DNA of 64,000 nt. It comes from Chloroflexota bacterium (lineage in GTDB: Bacteria; Chloroflexota; Dormibacteria; CF-121). Each line of letters opens with the position of its first letter. Position 1 is the stretch's first letter. The translations under genes and the position numbers were made by a program. This document shows, piece by piece, positions 10,314 to 17,826 of this stretch. The notes under the pieces are model-generated. The model was not told the DNA's origin and made no database searches. It saw only the letters and a list, made by a program, of their open reading frames with translations. The stretch is taken from assembly GCA_005880615.1 (NCBI GenBank), contig VBID01000114.1, positions 93,324 to 157,323 on the forward strand, read 5' to 3'.

Positions 10314-10478
10314 GAGAGGCAGCTCGAGGACGGCTACGTGCTCCGCAGCGTGGCGGTCGACCTGCCCATCAGCGAGGTGGTAGACGCGCCGAAGTGGATT
10401 GTCTCTGCCTTGTTGCCGCTCGACCGTTTCACCGGGGGAGAGGAGTAGACGAGGCCTGGGCTGGCCTCGTCCACGTTC

Positions 10479-11957
10479 TCAGCTGACCGGCGCTCCCTGA
10501 GTCGCCAGGGCCGGCGCTTCGCCGAACACCAGTCGTGCCTCCTGGAGGCTCTGCGGGCGGTTGCTCCGAAGGTAGAACAGGACGGCGACGCCGATCACCA
10601 CCCAGGCGATGGCGATCGGAGCGGCAAAACTGGCCGGCGCAGTCAGCGAGGGAAAGGGCGGCAGGCCGATGGCAGCCACCAGCGGGGGCACGAAGACGAG
10701 TGAGCCGGCCACTGGGATCACCCCGTGAAGCCAGATGTTCCACTCCTCCGGGTGCTCACGGCGATAGAGCCGCAGACACGAGATGTTCCCGGCGATGTAG
10801 ATCAGGATGGTGATGAAGGTGGCGACCGTGCCGAGCAGCGCGAAAGCGTTCAGGGGTCCGCCGGTGACGAATCCCAGCACCACCGCCACCGCCACCCCAT
10901 AGACGAACTGGGCGAGGACGGCGACGGAGGGCGTCCGGTACCGCGGGTGGACCCGGGCGAACGCGCGCGGGATGGCGCCCACCCGCCCCATGGCGTAGAG
11001 CACCCGAGTGGCCGCGTTGGCGCCGGCATTGCTGTTGGCGATGGCGCTGTTGGCCACCGCCAGGAAGACGAGCACCCAGAGGGGGCCCCACGCTTGCACC
11101 GCCAGTTGGTGCCACGGGTCGCCGTTTCCGGCGTTCGGGAAGTTGGCCATCTTATCTGGGCCGAACGCCACGGTGCCCGCATAGGTGGTGAAGACGTAGA
11201 AGAGGCCGATCCCGAGGCAGGAGAGCAAGACCGCGCGTCCGATCGTTCGGCGGGGATCTTTCGTTTCCTCCGCCAGGGGGATGCTGGCCTCAAAACCGAT
11301 GAAGGCGAGGATGCCGAAGATCATTCCCTGGGCGATCCCCGACAGCCCACCGAGGCGAGTATCGGCCGCCAGGCTCGGGGTGAACACCTGGAGGGTGTTC
11401 TTGCTTCCGGCCTGCACAATCAATGTGATCGCCAGGGCCAGGAAGACCACGATCTCGAACGCGCCCAGGACGGCGCCAGTCTCGGTCGACAGCTGGACGC
11501 CGAAGTAGGTCAGCCCGAGCACGATGACGGCCGCCACGATGGACCAGATCCACCAGGTCCCCAGCGGGGTGCCGAGCGTGCTGTGCAGGGTCGTGTCCAG
11601 CAGGTTGCCAAAGATCAAGAACAGGAGCGGTGCCACGATGGGCTCCGACAGGAGAAAGCCCCAGCCGACCAGGAAGCCGGCGCTGGGATTGAGGCTGCGG
11701 CTGGCGTACGTATAAAATCCACCGGCTGACGGCAGGTGCCGGGCCAGCTGGCCGATGCAGCTGGCGACCAGCAGGCAGGCGACCAGGGCCAGGGCCACCG
11801 CCAGGGCGGTTGAGCCGCCTGCATAGGGAGTCGCGAAGATGATGGAGAACGCCACCGCCGCCGCCGGAGCCATGTGCGTGATCGACTGGAACAGGACCGG
11901 TACCAATCCGACCGCATTGGGCTTGAGCTGCGGGGTCGAGCCGACAGCAGTTGCCAT
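10479..11957 (-). CDS. APC-family amino acid/polyamine permease
   Basis: 12-TM protein. Start MATAVGSTPQLKPNAVGLVPVLFQSITHMAP at ATG 11957 with GAGGGAGGG SD. An amino-acid-permease-like motif FYTYASRSLNP is present. Confidence 0.8.
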   Translation of the reverse strand: MATAVGSTPQLKPNAVGLVPVLFQSITHMAPAAAVAFSIIFATPYAGGSTALAVALALVACLLVASCIGQLARHLPSAGGFYTYASRSLNPSAGFLVGWGFLLSEPIVAPLLFLIFGNLLDTTLHSTLGTPLGTWWIWSIVAAVIVLGLTYFGVQLSTETGAVLGAFEIVVFLALAITLIVQAGSKNTLQVFTPSLAADTRLGGLSGIAQGMIFGILAFIGFEASIPLAEETKDPRRTIGRAVLLSCLGIGLFYVFTTYAGTVAFGPDKMANFPNAGNGDPWHQLAVQAWGPLWVLVFLAVANSAIANSNAGANAATRVLYAMGRVGAIPRAFARVHPRYRTPSVAVLAQFVYGVAVAVVLGFVTGGPLNAFALLGTVATFITILIYIAGNISCLRLYRREHPEEWNIWLHGVIPVAGSLVFVPPLVAAIGLPPFPSLTAPASFAAPIAIAWVVIGVAVLFYLRSNRPQSLQEARLVFGEAPALATQGAPVS

Positions 11958-12140
11958 GCCATTCCCTCCCTCGGCGCCCGAAGGCGCGAAAATTCTACAG
12001 GAAACGTACTCCGGGCGATAGCGGCGGGTCAAGGTCCGGCCGGCCGGCCCGTTATACCGGGTGATGCTGCCCCTGCGCACCAGGATCCGCCTGTGGCTCG
12101 CCCGGCTGCTGGACCAGTTGCTGCTCCGAGGGTTCTGGAA

Positions 12141-12168
12141 CTAAAAAGCCGCGAGTACGTCTCGCGGC
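12141..12168 (-). terminator. Intrinsic-terminator-like hairpin with U-tract on the - strand
   Basis: Minus strand reads GCCGCGAG-acgta-CTCGCGGC followed by TTTTTAG. No annotated - strand gene ends here. Confidence 0.35.
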
Positions 12169-12249
12169 TTGAGCGATCGCGACGTCCGAATCGGGCTAAA
12201 GTCTTGTAACGCGCGAGCCCGGCCGGGCTTACGCCGGTCCCATGCCATA

Positions 12250-12702
12250 ATGCGGTCGACCATGGCCGAGGCCCCATCGCCCGACGGGGAAACCCAGGAC
12301 CGGGTGCTGATTTTCCAGCCCGAGACGCGCCAGGCCCGCGCCTACCGGGAACTCTTTGAACACAACGGCTACCAGGCACGGACCGCGCTGCCGGCCGACG
12401 ATGTGCAGCGGATCTGCGAGGAGGTCCAGCCGGCGCTGGTGATCTTCGACATGGGATTCTGGGAAGCGGACAGCGCGCTTGTCTTTGGCATCCTCAACAA
12501 CGCGTTGGGCTTCCAAAGACCGGTCATCATCGGCCTGAGCACCCTCGACGTCCACACCCGGCGGGCCAGGCGTTTCGGCGCCGATGCGGTCTGGATCCGG
12601 GGCGTTGACGACGCGGTCGGGCTGCCCCGGCTCGCCGGCCAGCTGCTCGCCGCGCGCCGAGCGGGCACGCTCAAGGTGCCGCAGCCGAAGACCCCGCTCT
12701 AG
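12250..12702 (+). CDS. Atypical (degenerate) response-regulator receiver-domain-like protein
   Basis: A CheY-like alpha/beta pattern (VLIFQPE...ALVIFDMGF...VIIGLS...GADAVWIRG) that lacks the usual N-terminal acidic pair and the conserved Lys. Possible starts ATG 12250 or 12262. Confidence 0.5.
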   Translation: MRSTMAEAPSPDGETQDRVLIFQPETRQARAYRELFEHNGYQARTALPADDVQRICEEVQPALVIFDMGFWEADSALVFGILNNALGFQRPVIIGLSTLDVHTRRARRFGADAVWIRGVDDAVGLPRLAGQLLAARRAGTLKVPQPKTPL

Positions 12703-12806
12703 GCACACCCCGTTAGGCAATTCCCGAGCCCGAATCCACAGTTGAGGCCTCAACCGCTTTTCCCCACTCGCTGCGAGAAGCAATAAATATGTGGAAAAGA
12801 ATTGCC

Positions 12807-12837
12807 TTGACATTTCGTCGCACGTCGGTCGTATCAT
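12807..12837 (+). promoter_or_regulatory. Sigma70-like promoter (TTGACA-N19-TATCAT) with AT-rich upstream tract
   Basis: TTGACA at 12807-12812 and TATCAT at 12832-12837. An AT-rich block (caataaatatgtggaaaagaatt) precedes it. It lies about 70 nt upstream of the strong SD (AGGAGG 12890-12895) and TTG 12906. Confidence 0.4.
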
Positions 12838-12905
12838 AGACAGGCGTTTCGCGCCTACGGTCTCGGCAGGACCATAGCTCTCGAGGAAAGAGGAGGTCGC
12901 TCCGG

Positions 12906-13184
12906 TTGAAAGCCGCTCCACCCATCAAGACCTGCACGCGCGCCGGTTGCACCAACCTGGTGAAGAAATCGACGGCCCGCTACTGCAGCATTGGGTGCTG
13001 TGCGCAGGATCCGGTTCGGAAGGAGCGGCTCCGCCACCAGGCCCGGCGGGCACCCATCGTGCCGCTCTCCCATCAGTTGTCGCTCACGTTCAAGGCCAAC
13101 CCCGACCTGGAAGCCTGGCTGATGGAGCGGCTGCCCAGTGGGGAAGGGATCCCAGCCGGGCTGCAACGCCTGCGGGCAGGCTGA
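12906..13184 (+). CDS. Small Cys-rich protein: N-terminal zinc ribbon (C-x4-C...C-x3-CC) plus C-terminal ribbon-helix-helix-like segment
   Basis: TTG start 10 nt after AGGAGG. Cysteine pattern CTRAGC...YCSIGCC. SLTFKANPDLEAWLMERL resembles an RHH beta-strand plus helix. No assignable family. Confidence 0.5.
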   Translation: MKAAPPIKTCTRAGCTNLVKKSTARYCSIGCCAQDPVRKERLRHQARRAPIVPLSHQLSLTFKANPDLEAWLMERLPSGEGIPAGLQRLRAG

Positions 13185-13208
13185 TCTCTCTATAAGAGGC
13201 TAGGCTCT

Positions 13209-13404
13209 AAGCCCGGGTCCATCGATCGGACGACGCAGATCGGGATGCGGGGCGTGCCGAGCCGAAGGAGGCGACGAGCACGGGAGGGAGCGCATCCGTT
13301 GATGCGTGACCGACCGCGCACAGGAGACGACGCCCGGAGCCCGGCCTCGGGCTCAGGCCGCATCCGCGCCCAAGATGCTAGTTCGATTCGATGGACCCGG
13401 GCTT
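13209..13404 (-). mobile_element. MITE-like 196-bp element with 17-bp perfect TIRs (copy A, inverted relative to copy B)
   Basis: AAGCCCGGGTCCATCGA at 13209-13225 and its reverse complement at 13388-13404. The core is about 90% identical to 45480-45615 on the opposite strand. Confidence 0.5.
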
Positions 13405-13436
13405 ATAATCGGCGTCACCTCCGGAGGTGATGTCCG

Positions 13437-15176
13437 ATCGGCCAGGATCTCGAGACCCTTCGCCATTCCACCGCCCACGTAATGGCGGCCGCCGTGCTCG
13501 ACTTATTCCCCGGCACGGCCATCGGGATCGGGCCCGCGACCGACGAGGGATTCTATTACGACTTCGATTTCCGCAACGGCGGCCGCCCGGTGGAGGCCGA
13601 TCTGCGCCGGATCGAGGCGCGCATGCGCGAGATTGTTCGGGCGGCTCCCGCCTTCGTCAAGGAAGAAGTGCCGAAGCCGACGGCGGTGGAGCTCTTCCGC
13701 AAGCTCGACCAGCCGTACAAGGTCCAGCTGGTCGAGGAAAAGGTGACCGAACCGACGGCGCGGCTCTACCGGACCGGAGACTTCGTGGACCTCTGCCTGG
13801 GCCCGCACCTGCACGACGCCGGTCAGCTAGGGGCCTTTCGGCTACTCTCGCTGGCCGGCGCCTACTGGAAGGGCAGCGAGAAGAACCCGATGCTGACCCG
13901 GATTTACGGGACGGCCTTTCCCACCGAGGCCGAGCTGGAGGCACACCTCAAACGTCTGGAGGAGGCGGCCCAGCGGGACCATCGGAAGATCGGCAAGGAG
14001 CTCGACCTGTTCATGATCGACGACATGGCCGGCCGGGGCCTGCCGCTCTGGCTGCCCAAGGGGGCGACGGTGCGCCGGCTGTTGGAGGAGTACATCGTTA
14101 GGAAGGAATTGCGGGCAGGCTACCAGCACGTGCGCACCCCCGACATCGCCCGCCTCGACCTCTACAAGCAAAGCGGGCACTGGGCTCGCTACCGAGAGGC
14201 GATGTACCCACCCTCCAAGATCGAGGACGAGGAGTGGCAGCTGCGGCCCATGAACTGCCCCCACCACATCCGGATTTTCCAGCGCCGTGCCTACAGCTAT
14301 CGCGACCTGCCGGTGCGGCTGGCGGAGCTCGGCACCGTCTACCGCTACGAGAAGTCGGGCGAGGTGTCGGGGCTGATCCGGGTGCGCGCCTTCACCATCA
14401 ACGATGCCCACATCTTCTGCCGGCCGGACCAGGTGACCCAGGAGTTCGACGCCGTGGTCCGGCTGATTCTGGAGGTCTACGAAGCGCTGGGCGTCACCGA
14501 CTTCTACTTCCGCCTCTCGTTGCGTGACCAGACCAGTGACAAGTGGATGGGGGACCCGGCGGTGTGGGAGATGGCCCAGGAGGCGGCCCGCGCCGCACTC
14601 CGGGCGGGCGGGCACACGTTCGTGGAGGCCCCCGGGGAGGCCGCCTTCTACGGACCGAAGCTCGACGTTCAGATCAAGGACGCTATCGGCCGCGAGTTCA
14701 GCCTGTCCACCAACCAGATCGACTTCCTGATGCCCGAGGCCTTCGGCCTGGAGTACACCGATGCCGACCAGACCCAGAAGCGGCCGGTGATGATCCACCG
14801 CGCCCCCATCGGCTCCTTCGAACGCTTCATGGCCTACATGATCGAGCTCTATGCTGGGGCCTTTCCCCTCTGGCTGGCGCCGGTGCAGGTGGTCTTCATC
14901 CCTATCGCGGACCGCCACCTGGCCGGGGTGGAGGGTATCGCGGCGCGCTTTCGTGACCAGGACCTGCGGGTGGAGGTGGACGGCCGCGGCGAGCGGATGC
15001 AGGCCAAGATCCGGGACGCCCAGCTGCAGAAGGTGCCCTACATGGCGGTGGTGGGCGACCGCGAACTGGAAAGCGGCCAGGTCAACGTTCGGACCCGAGA
15101 CGGCGGCCAGGAAGCGCTGGCGGTCGAGGCGTTTCTTGACCGGCTGCGCCGCGAGAGCAAGGCGCCTAGCATATGA
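13437..15176 (+). CDS. thrS: Threonyl-tRNA synthetase lacking the N1 (TGS) domain
   Basis: The frame opens only at 13431, after TGA 13428-13430. The conserved editing motif HSTAH precedes the first ATG (13482). The only SD-adjacent start is ATC 13437 (GGAGG 13423-13427). Class II catalytic and anticodon-binding domains follow. Confidence 0.85.
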   Translation: MGQDLETLRHSTAHVMAAAVLDLFPGTAIGIGPATDEGFYYDFDFRNGGRPVEADLRRIEARMREIVRAAPAFVKEEVPKPTAVELFRKLDQPYKVQLVEEKVTEPTARLYRTGDFVDLCLGPHLHDAGQLGAFRLLSLAGAYWKGSEKNPMLTRIYGTAFPTEAELEAHLKRLEEAAQRDHRKIGKELDLFMIDDMAGRGLPLWLPKGATVRRLLEEYIVRKELRAGYQHVRTPDIARLDLYKQSGHWARYREAMYPPSKIEDEEWQLRPMNCPHHIRIFQRRAYSYRDLPVRLAELGTVYRYEKSGEVSGLIRVRAFTINDAHIFCRPDQVTQEFDAVVRLILEVYEALGVTDFYFRLSLRDQTSDKWMGDPAVWEMAQEAARAALRAGGHTFVEAPGEAAFYGPKLDVQIKDAIGREFSLSTNQIDFLMPEAFGLEYTDADQTQKRPVMIHRAPIGSFERFMAYMIELYAGAFPLWLAPVQVVFIPIADRHLAGVEGIAARFRDQDLRVEVDGRGERMQAKIRDAQLQKVPYMAVVGDRELESGQVNVRTRDGGQEALAVEAFLDRLRRESKAPSI

Positions 15177-15718
15177 CGATGGCATCTGTGGACCCGGTGA
15201 CGGCGCCGTCCGAATACCAGCGGCTCATGCTCTCGCTGGTCGGGGAGGACGATCCGGCGTCGGTCCAGGAGGAGACGCCCGGCGCGGTCAGGGGGATGAT
15301 CGCCACGGCAGCCGCCGACATTCGCCGCCGGCCGGCCGAGGGTGAGTGGTCGGTGCTCGAACTGGTCGGTCACCTCGCCGACGCCGAGCTGGTCATGGCC
15401 GCCCGGTACCGGTGGGTGCTGGCTCACGAGGAGCCGCCGATCGCCGCCTATGACCAGGACCGCTGGGTGGACCGGCTCCGGCACAACGACGACGATCCGC
15501 GCGACCTGCTGGCCCTCTTCGAGCCGTTGCGGCTGGCCAACCTGGCCCTCTGGCGGCGCACCCCCGGGCCGGCTCGGCAACGGGTTGGCCTCCATTCCGA
15601 GCGCGGCCGGGAGAGCCTCGACCTGATGTTCCGGATGATCGCCGGTCACGACCGCTTTCATCTGGCCCAGATGGACCGGACGCTGCGGGCCATCAGGGTC
15701 GGCGCCGGTTCAGCCTAG
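15173..15718 (+). CDS. DinB-family (DinB_2) protein
   Basis: WSVLELVGHLADAELVMAARYRWVL and C-terminal H-x3-H helix motifs. ATG overlaps the thrS stop (ATGA). Confidence 0.75.
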   Translation: MTMASVDPVTAPSEYQRLMLSLVGEDDPASVQEETPGAVRGMIATAAADIRRRPAEGEWSVLELVGHLADAELVMAARYRWVLAHEEPPIAAYDQDRWVDRLRHNDDDPRDLLALFEPLRLANLALWRRTPGPARQRVGLHSERGRESLDLMFRMIAGHDRFHLAQMDRTLRAIRVGAGSA

Positions 15719-16417
15719 TAACCTGGCCTGCAACGGCTCCTCCACTAGGTGGCCGTCGCGGACGAAGATCTGGTAGGCCTGGGCGCCCGCGCGCTCCGAG
15801 ACGACGTCGGCCAGCTCCCGGCCACGAAAATGCAGCGCCGCCCCATCGTCGATGGCGAGTCCGGCCGGGAATCCCTCCGCGATCAACCGCTGGTAGGTCG
15901 GCCGACGCTTCGGATCGTCGCTGAAGTGGGGGCAGGCGCTGCCGGAAAGAAAGCCGAGGCCGTCCTGCCTGGGGGCCAGGTCAGATCCCACCGAATCGGT
16001 CAGATAAGCCTCGAACCAACAGATGGCGCCGGCGCTCATGCCGGCGAGGACGGCGCCCGCATCCCAGGCCTCCCGCAAGAGGCGGTCCAGGCCGTGCAGC
16101 CGCCAGACCGCGAGCAGATTCGTGGTGCTGCCGCCGCCGACGTAGAAGGCCTGCTGCTCCCTGACGAACCGGGGCAAGTCGTGGGTGAGCGGCGTCTGAA
16201 AAAGCGGCAGGTCGGAGGGTCGGCAGTCCAGCTGGGCGTAGGCTCGATAGAAGCGGGCGAGATAGCTCTCCGCATCGCCGCTGGCCGTTCCCAGGAAACA
16301 GATCCGCGGCCGGGGCCGCCCGGCCAGGCTCAGGATGAAGGCATCGATGGGGGTCGGCACGCCGGTGGCGGAGAAACCGCCGCCCCCCAAGGCGACAATG
16401 TGGCCCGGCACGGGCAC
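15710..16417 (-). CDS. Peptidase S51 (dipeptidase E/cyanophycinase-like)
   Basis: MPVPGHIVALGGGGF N-terminus and overall S51/class I glutamine amidotransferase-like pattern. Confidence 0.7.
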   Translation of the reverse strand: MPVPGHIVALGGGGFSATGVPTPIDAFILSLAGRPRPRICFLGTASGDAESYLARFYRAYAQLDCRPSDLPLFQTPLTHDLPRFVREQQAFYVGGGSTTNLLAVWRLHGLDRLLREAWDAGAVLAGMSAGAICWFEAYLTDSVGSDLAPRQDGLGFLSGSACPHFSDDPKRRPTYQRLIAEGFPAGLAIDDGAALHFRGRELADVVSERAGAQAYQIFVRDGHLVEEPLQARLLG

Positions 16418-16445
16418 AGAATAACCTCCGCCGGGCTGGACGCCA

Positions 16446-16453
16446 TGTATAAT
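16446..16453 (+). promoter_or_regulatory. Extended -10 promoter (TGtTATAAT) for the infC operon leader
   Basis: TG at 16446-16447 and TATAAT at 16448-16453. No good -35, consistent with an extended -10 promoter. Confidence 0.45.
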
Positions 16454-16521
16454 GCAGTCCCTAAGCAGAGGCTGTCCAAACTCTCACCTTGAGGCGCGCC
16501 AGAGAGGTTGTGGGGACGTAA

Positions 16522-16548
16522 AGATAGCCTCCGGCTATCTTTTTTTGT
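16522..16548 (+). terminator. Intrinsic terminator/attenuator hairpin in the infC leader
   Basis: AGATAGCC-tcc-GGCTATCT followed by TTTTTTT. It ends 3 nt before the infC SD TAAGGAGG (16551-16558). No + strand gene lies upstream of it. Confidence 0.6.
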
Positions 16549-16586
16549 TGTAAGGAGGTTGATCCACGGCCTTTCGGGAACTGCGA

Positions 16587-17114
16587 ATTAACGACCAGAT
16601 TCGTGCGCAGGAAGTTCGGCTCATCGATGACGAAAATCAGCAACTCGGGGTGGTATCCCTCGAGCGAGCGAAGCAACTGGCGATCGAGCGAGATATGGAC
16701 CTGGTCGAGGTGGCGCCCCAGGCGCAGCCGCCAGTGTGCCGGATCATGGACTACGGCAAGTTCAAGTTCGAAAGCCTAAAGAAAGACAAAGATGCACGCA
16801 AGAAGCACCAGAACATCAAGGTCAAGGAGATGAAGCTCCGCCCCAAAATCGGTGAGCACGACTTCCAGACCAAATTCCACAACGTCAAGTCCTTCCTGGA
16901 GCAGGGGGACAAGGTGAAGCTGACCATCATGTTCCGCGGCCGTGAGATGGTCCACCAGGATATCGGCAAGAACCTGCTGGACCGGATGGCCCGCGAGCTC
17001 AAGACGATCAGCAGCGTCGAGCGCACCCCCCTGCTGGAAGGGAAGAACATGATCATGATCCTGGCCCCGGTGTTGGCGCCGACCGCCGCCAAGCCAGCCT
17101 CGGAGGGCACCTAA
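16587..17114 (+). CDS. infC: Translation initiation factor IF-3
   Basis: RINDQIRAQEVRLIDDENQQLGVVSLERAKQLA matches the IF3 N-terminal domain. The frame is open from 16563 with no ATG/GTG/TTG before the conserved residues. ATT 16587 is the candidate start (E. coli-like AUU). The ORF track's GTG 16650 would cut into the N-domain. Confidence 0.8.
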   Translation: MNDQIRAQEVRLIDDENQQLGVVSLERAKQLAIERDMDLVEVAPQAQPPVCRIMDYGKFKFESLKKDKDARKKHQNIKVKEMKLRPKIGEHDFQTKFHNVKSFLEQGDKVKLTIMFRGREMVHQDIGKNLLDRMARELKTISSVERTPLLEGKNMIMILAPVLAPTAAKPASEGT

Positions 17115-17311
17115 TGCCCAAACTGCGCACCCATAAGGCGTCTCAGAAGCGCTTCCGGTTCACCAAGACCGGCAAGATCGTGCGGCCACACGGGCAGAAG
17201 AGCCATCTGCTCGTGCACAAGAGCGCGCGCCGCAAACGGCAGTACAGCAAGCTTGTCATTCTGCAGGGCGGCGACGCGGCCATCGTGCGCCGGGCGCTCC
17301 CGTACCGATAA
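17114..17311 (+). CDS. rpmI: 50S ribosomal protein L35
   Basis: MPKLRTHKASQKRFRFTKTGKIVR. Confidence 0.9.
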   Translation: MPKLRTHKASQKRFRFTKTGKIVRPHGQKSHLLVHKSARRKRQYSKLVILQGGDAAIVRRALPYR

Positions 17312-17332
17312 GTCGAAGGAAGGTGATCGACC

Positions 17333-17695
17333 ATGCCTCGTGTCAAGCGCGGCGTCCCAGCGCGGCGGCGCCACAAGAAGATCCTCAAACTGGCCAAGGG
17401 CTTCCGGCTGACGCACCGGACGCTGTTCCGCCCGGCAAATGAAGCCGTCCTCCATTCGCTTCAGTACGCCTTCCGTGACCGACGGGCGCGCAAGCGCGAC
17501 ATGCGCAAGCTCTGGATCACTCGCATCAACGCCGCCAGCCGGAGCCATGGGCTGCCCTACAACCAGTTCATGCACGGCCTGAAGGTGGCGGGGGTTACGA
17601 TCAACCGGAAGATGCTGGCCGACCTGGCGGTACGGGACGACCAGTCCTTCATCCAGCTGGTCGACCTGGCCAAAGGCTCCCCGGCAAAAAGCTGA
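17333..17695 (+). CDS. rplT: 50S ribosomal protein L20
   Basis: [25 protein letters not shown]. Confidence 0.9.
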   Translation: MPRVKRGVPARRRHKKILKLAKGFRLTHRTLFRPANEAVLHSLQYAFRDRRARKRDMRKLWITRINAASRSHGLPYNQFMHGLKVAGVTINRKMLADLAVRDDQSFIQLVDLAKGSPAKS

Positions 17696-17826
17696 CCAGA
17701 TCGTGCTACCATGCCTGCACCATGAGCGGCATGGTTTGGCTTTCTTTCTTTCTCGGGCCGGCTCGCGGCCGGCCTTCTGCGTAGCGCCCAACCGTCGCTT
17801 GGCGCGCGTCCGGGGAGGGCCTTCTG

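Noticed and set aside
10725-11729. 334-aa + strand ORF across the permease locus
   Set aside because: It is antisense to a clear 12-TM APC permease, and its translation is Asp/Glu/Gly/Arg-rich with no domains.
12229-12921. 230-aa - strand ORF covering the receiver-like gene and the promoter region
   Set aside because: It spans the AT-rich non-coding promoter and is antisense to the receiver-fold ORF. It has no motif support.
13209-13404. Interpreting the repeat as a 6S RNA or other single structured ncRNA gene
   Set aside because: Two divergent full copies in opposite orientations plus a fragment, internal direct repeats rather than one long imperfect hairpin, and TIRs fit a MITE better. 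It remains possible and is listed as a check.
13427-14101. ORF starting GTG-ATG right after the GGAGG upstream of thrS (+1 frame)
   Set aside because: Its translation is Arg/Gly/Pro repeats with no similarity to anything. The conserved ThrRS residues are in the other frame. The ATG is only 2 nt from the SD.
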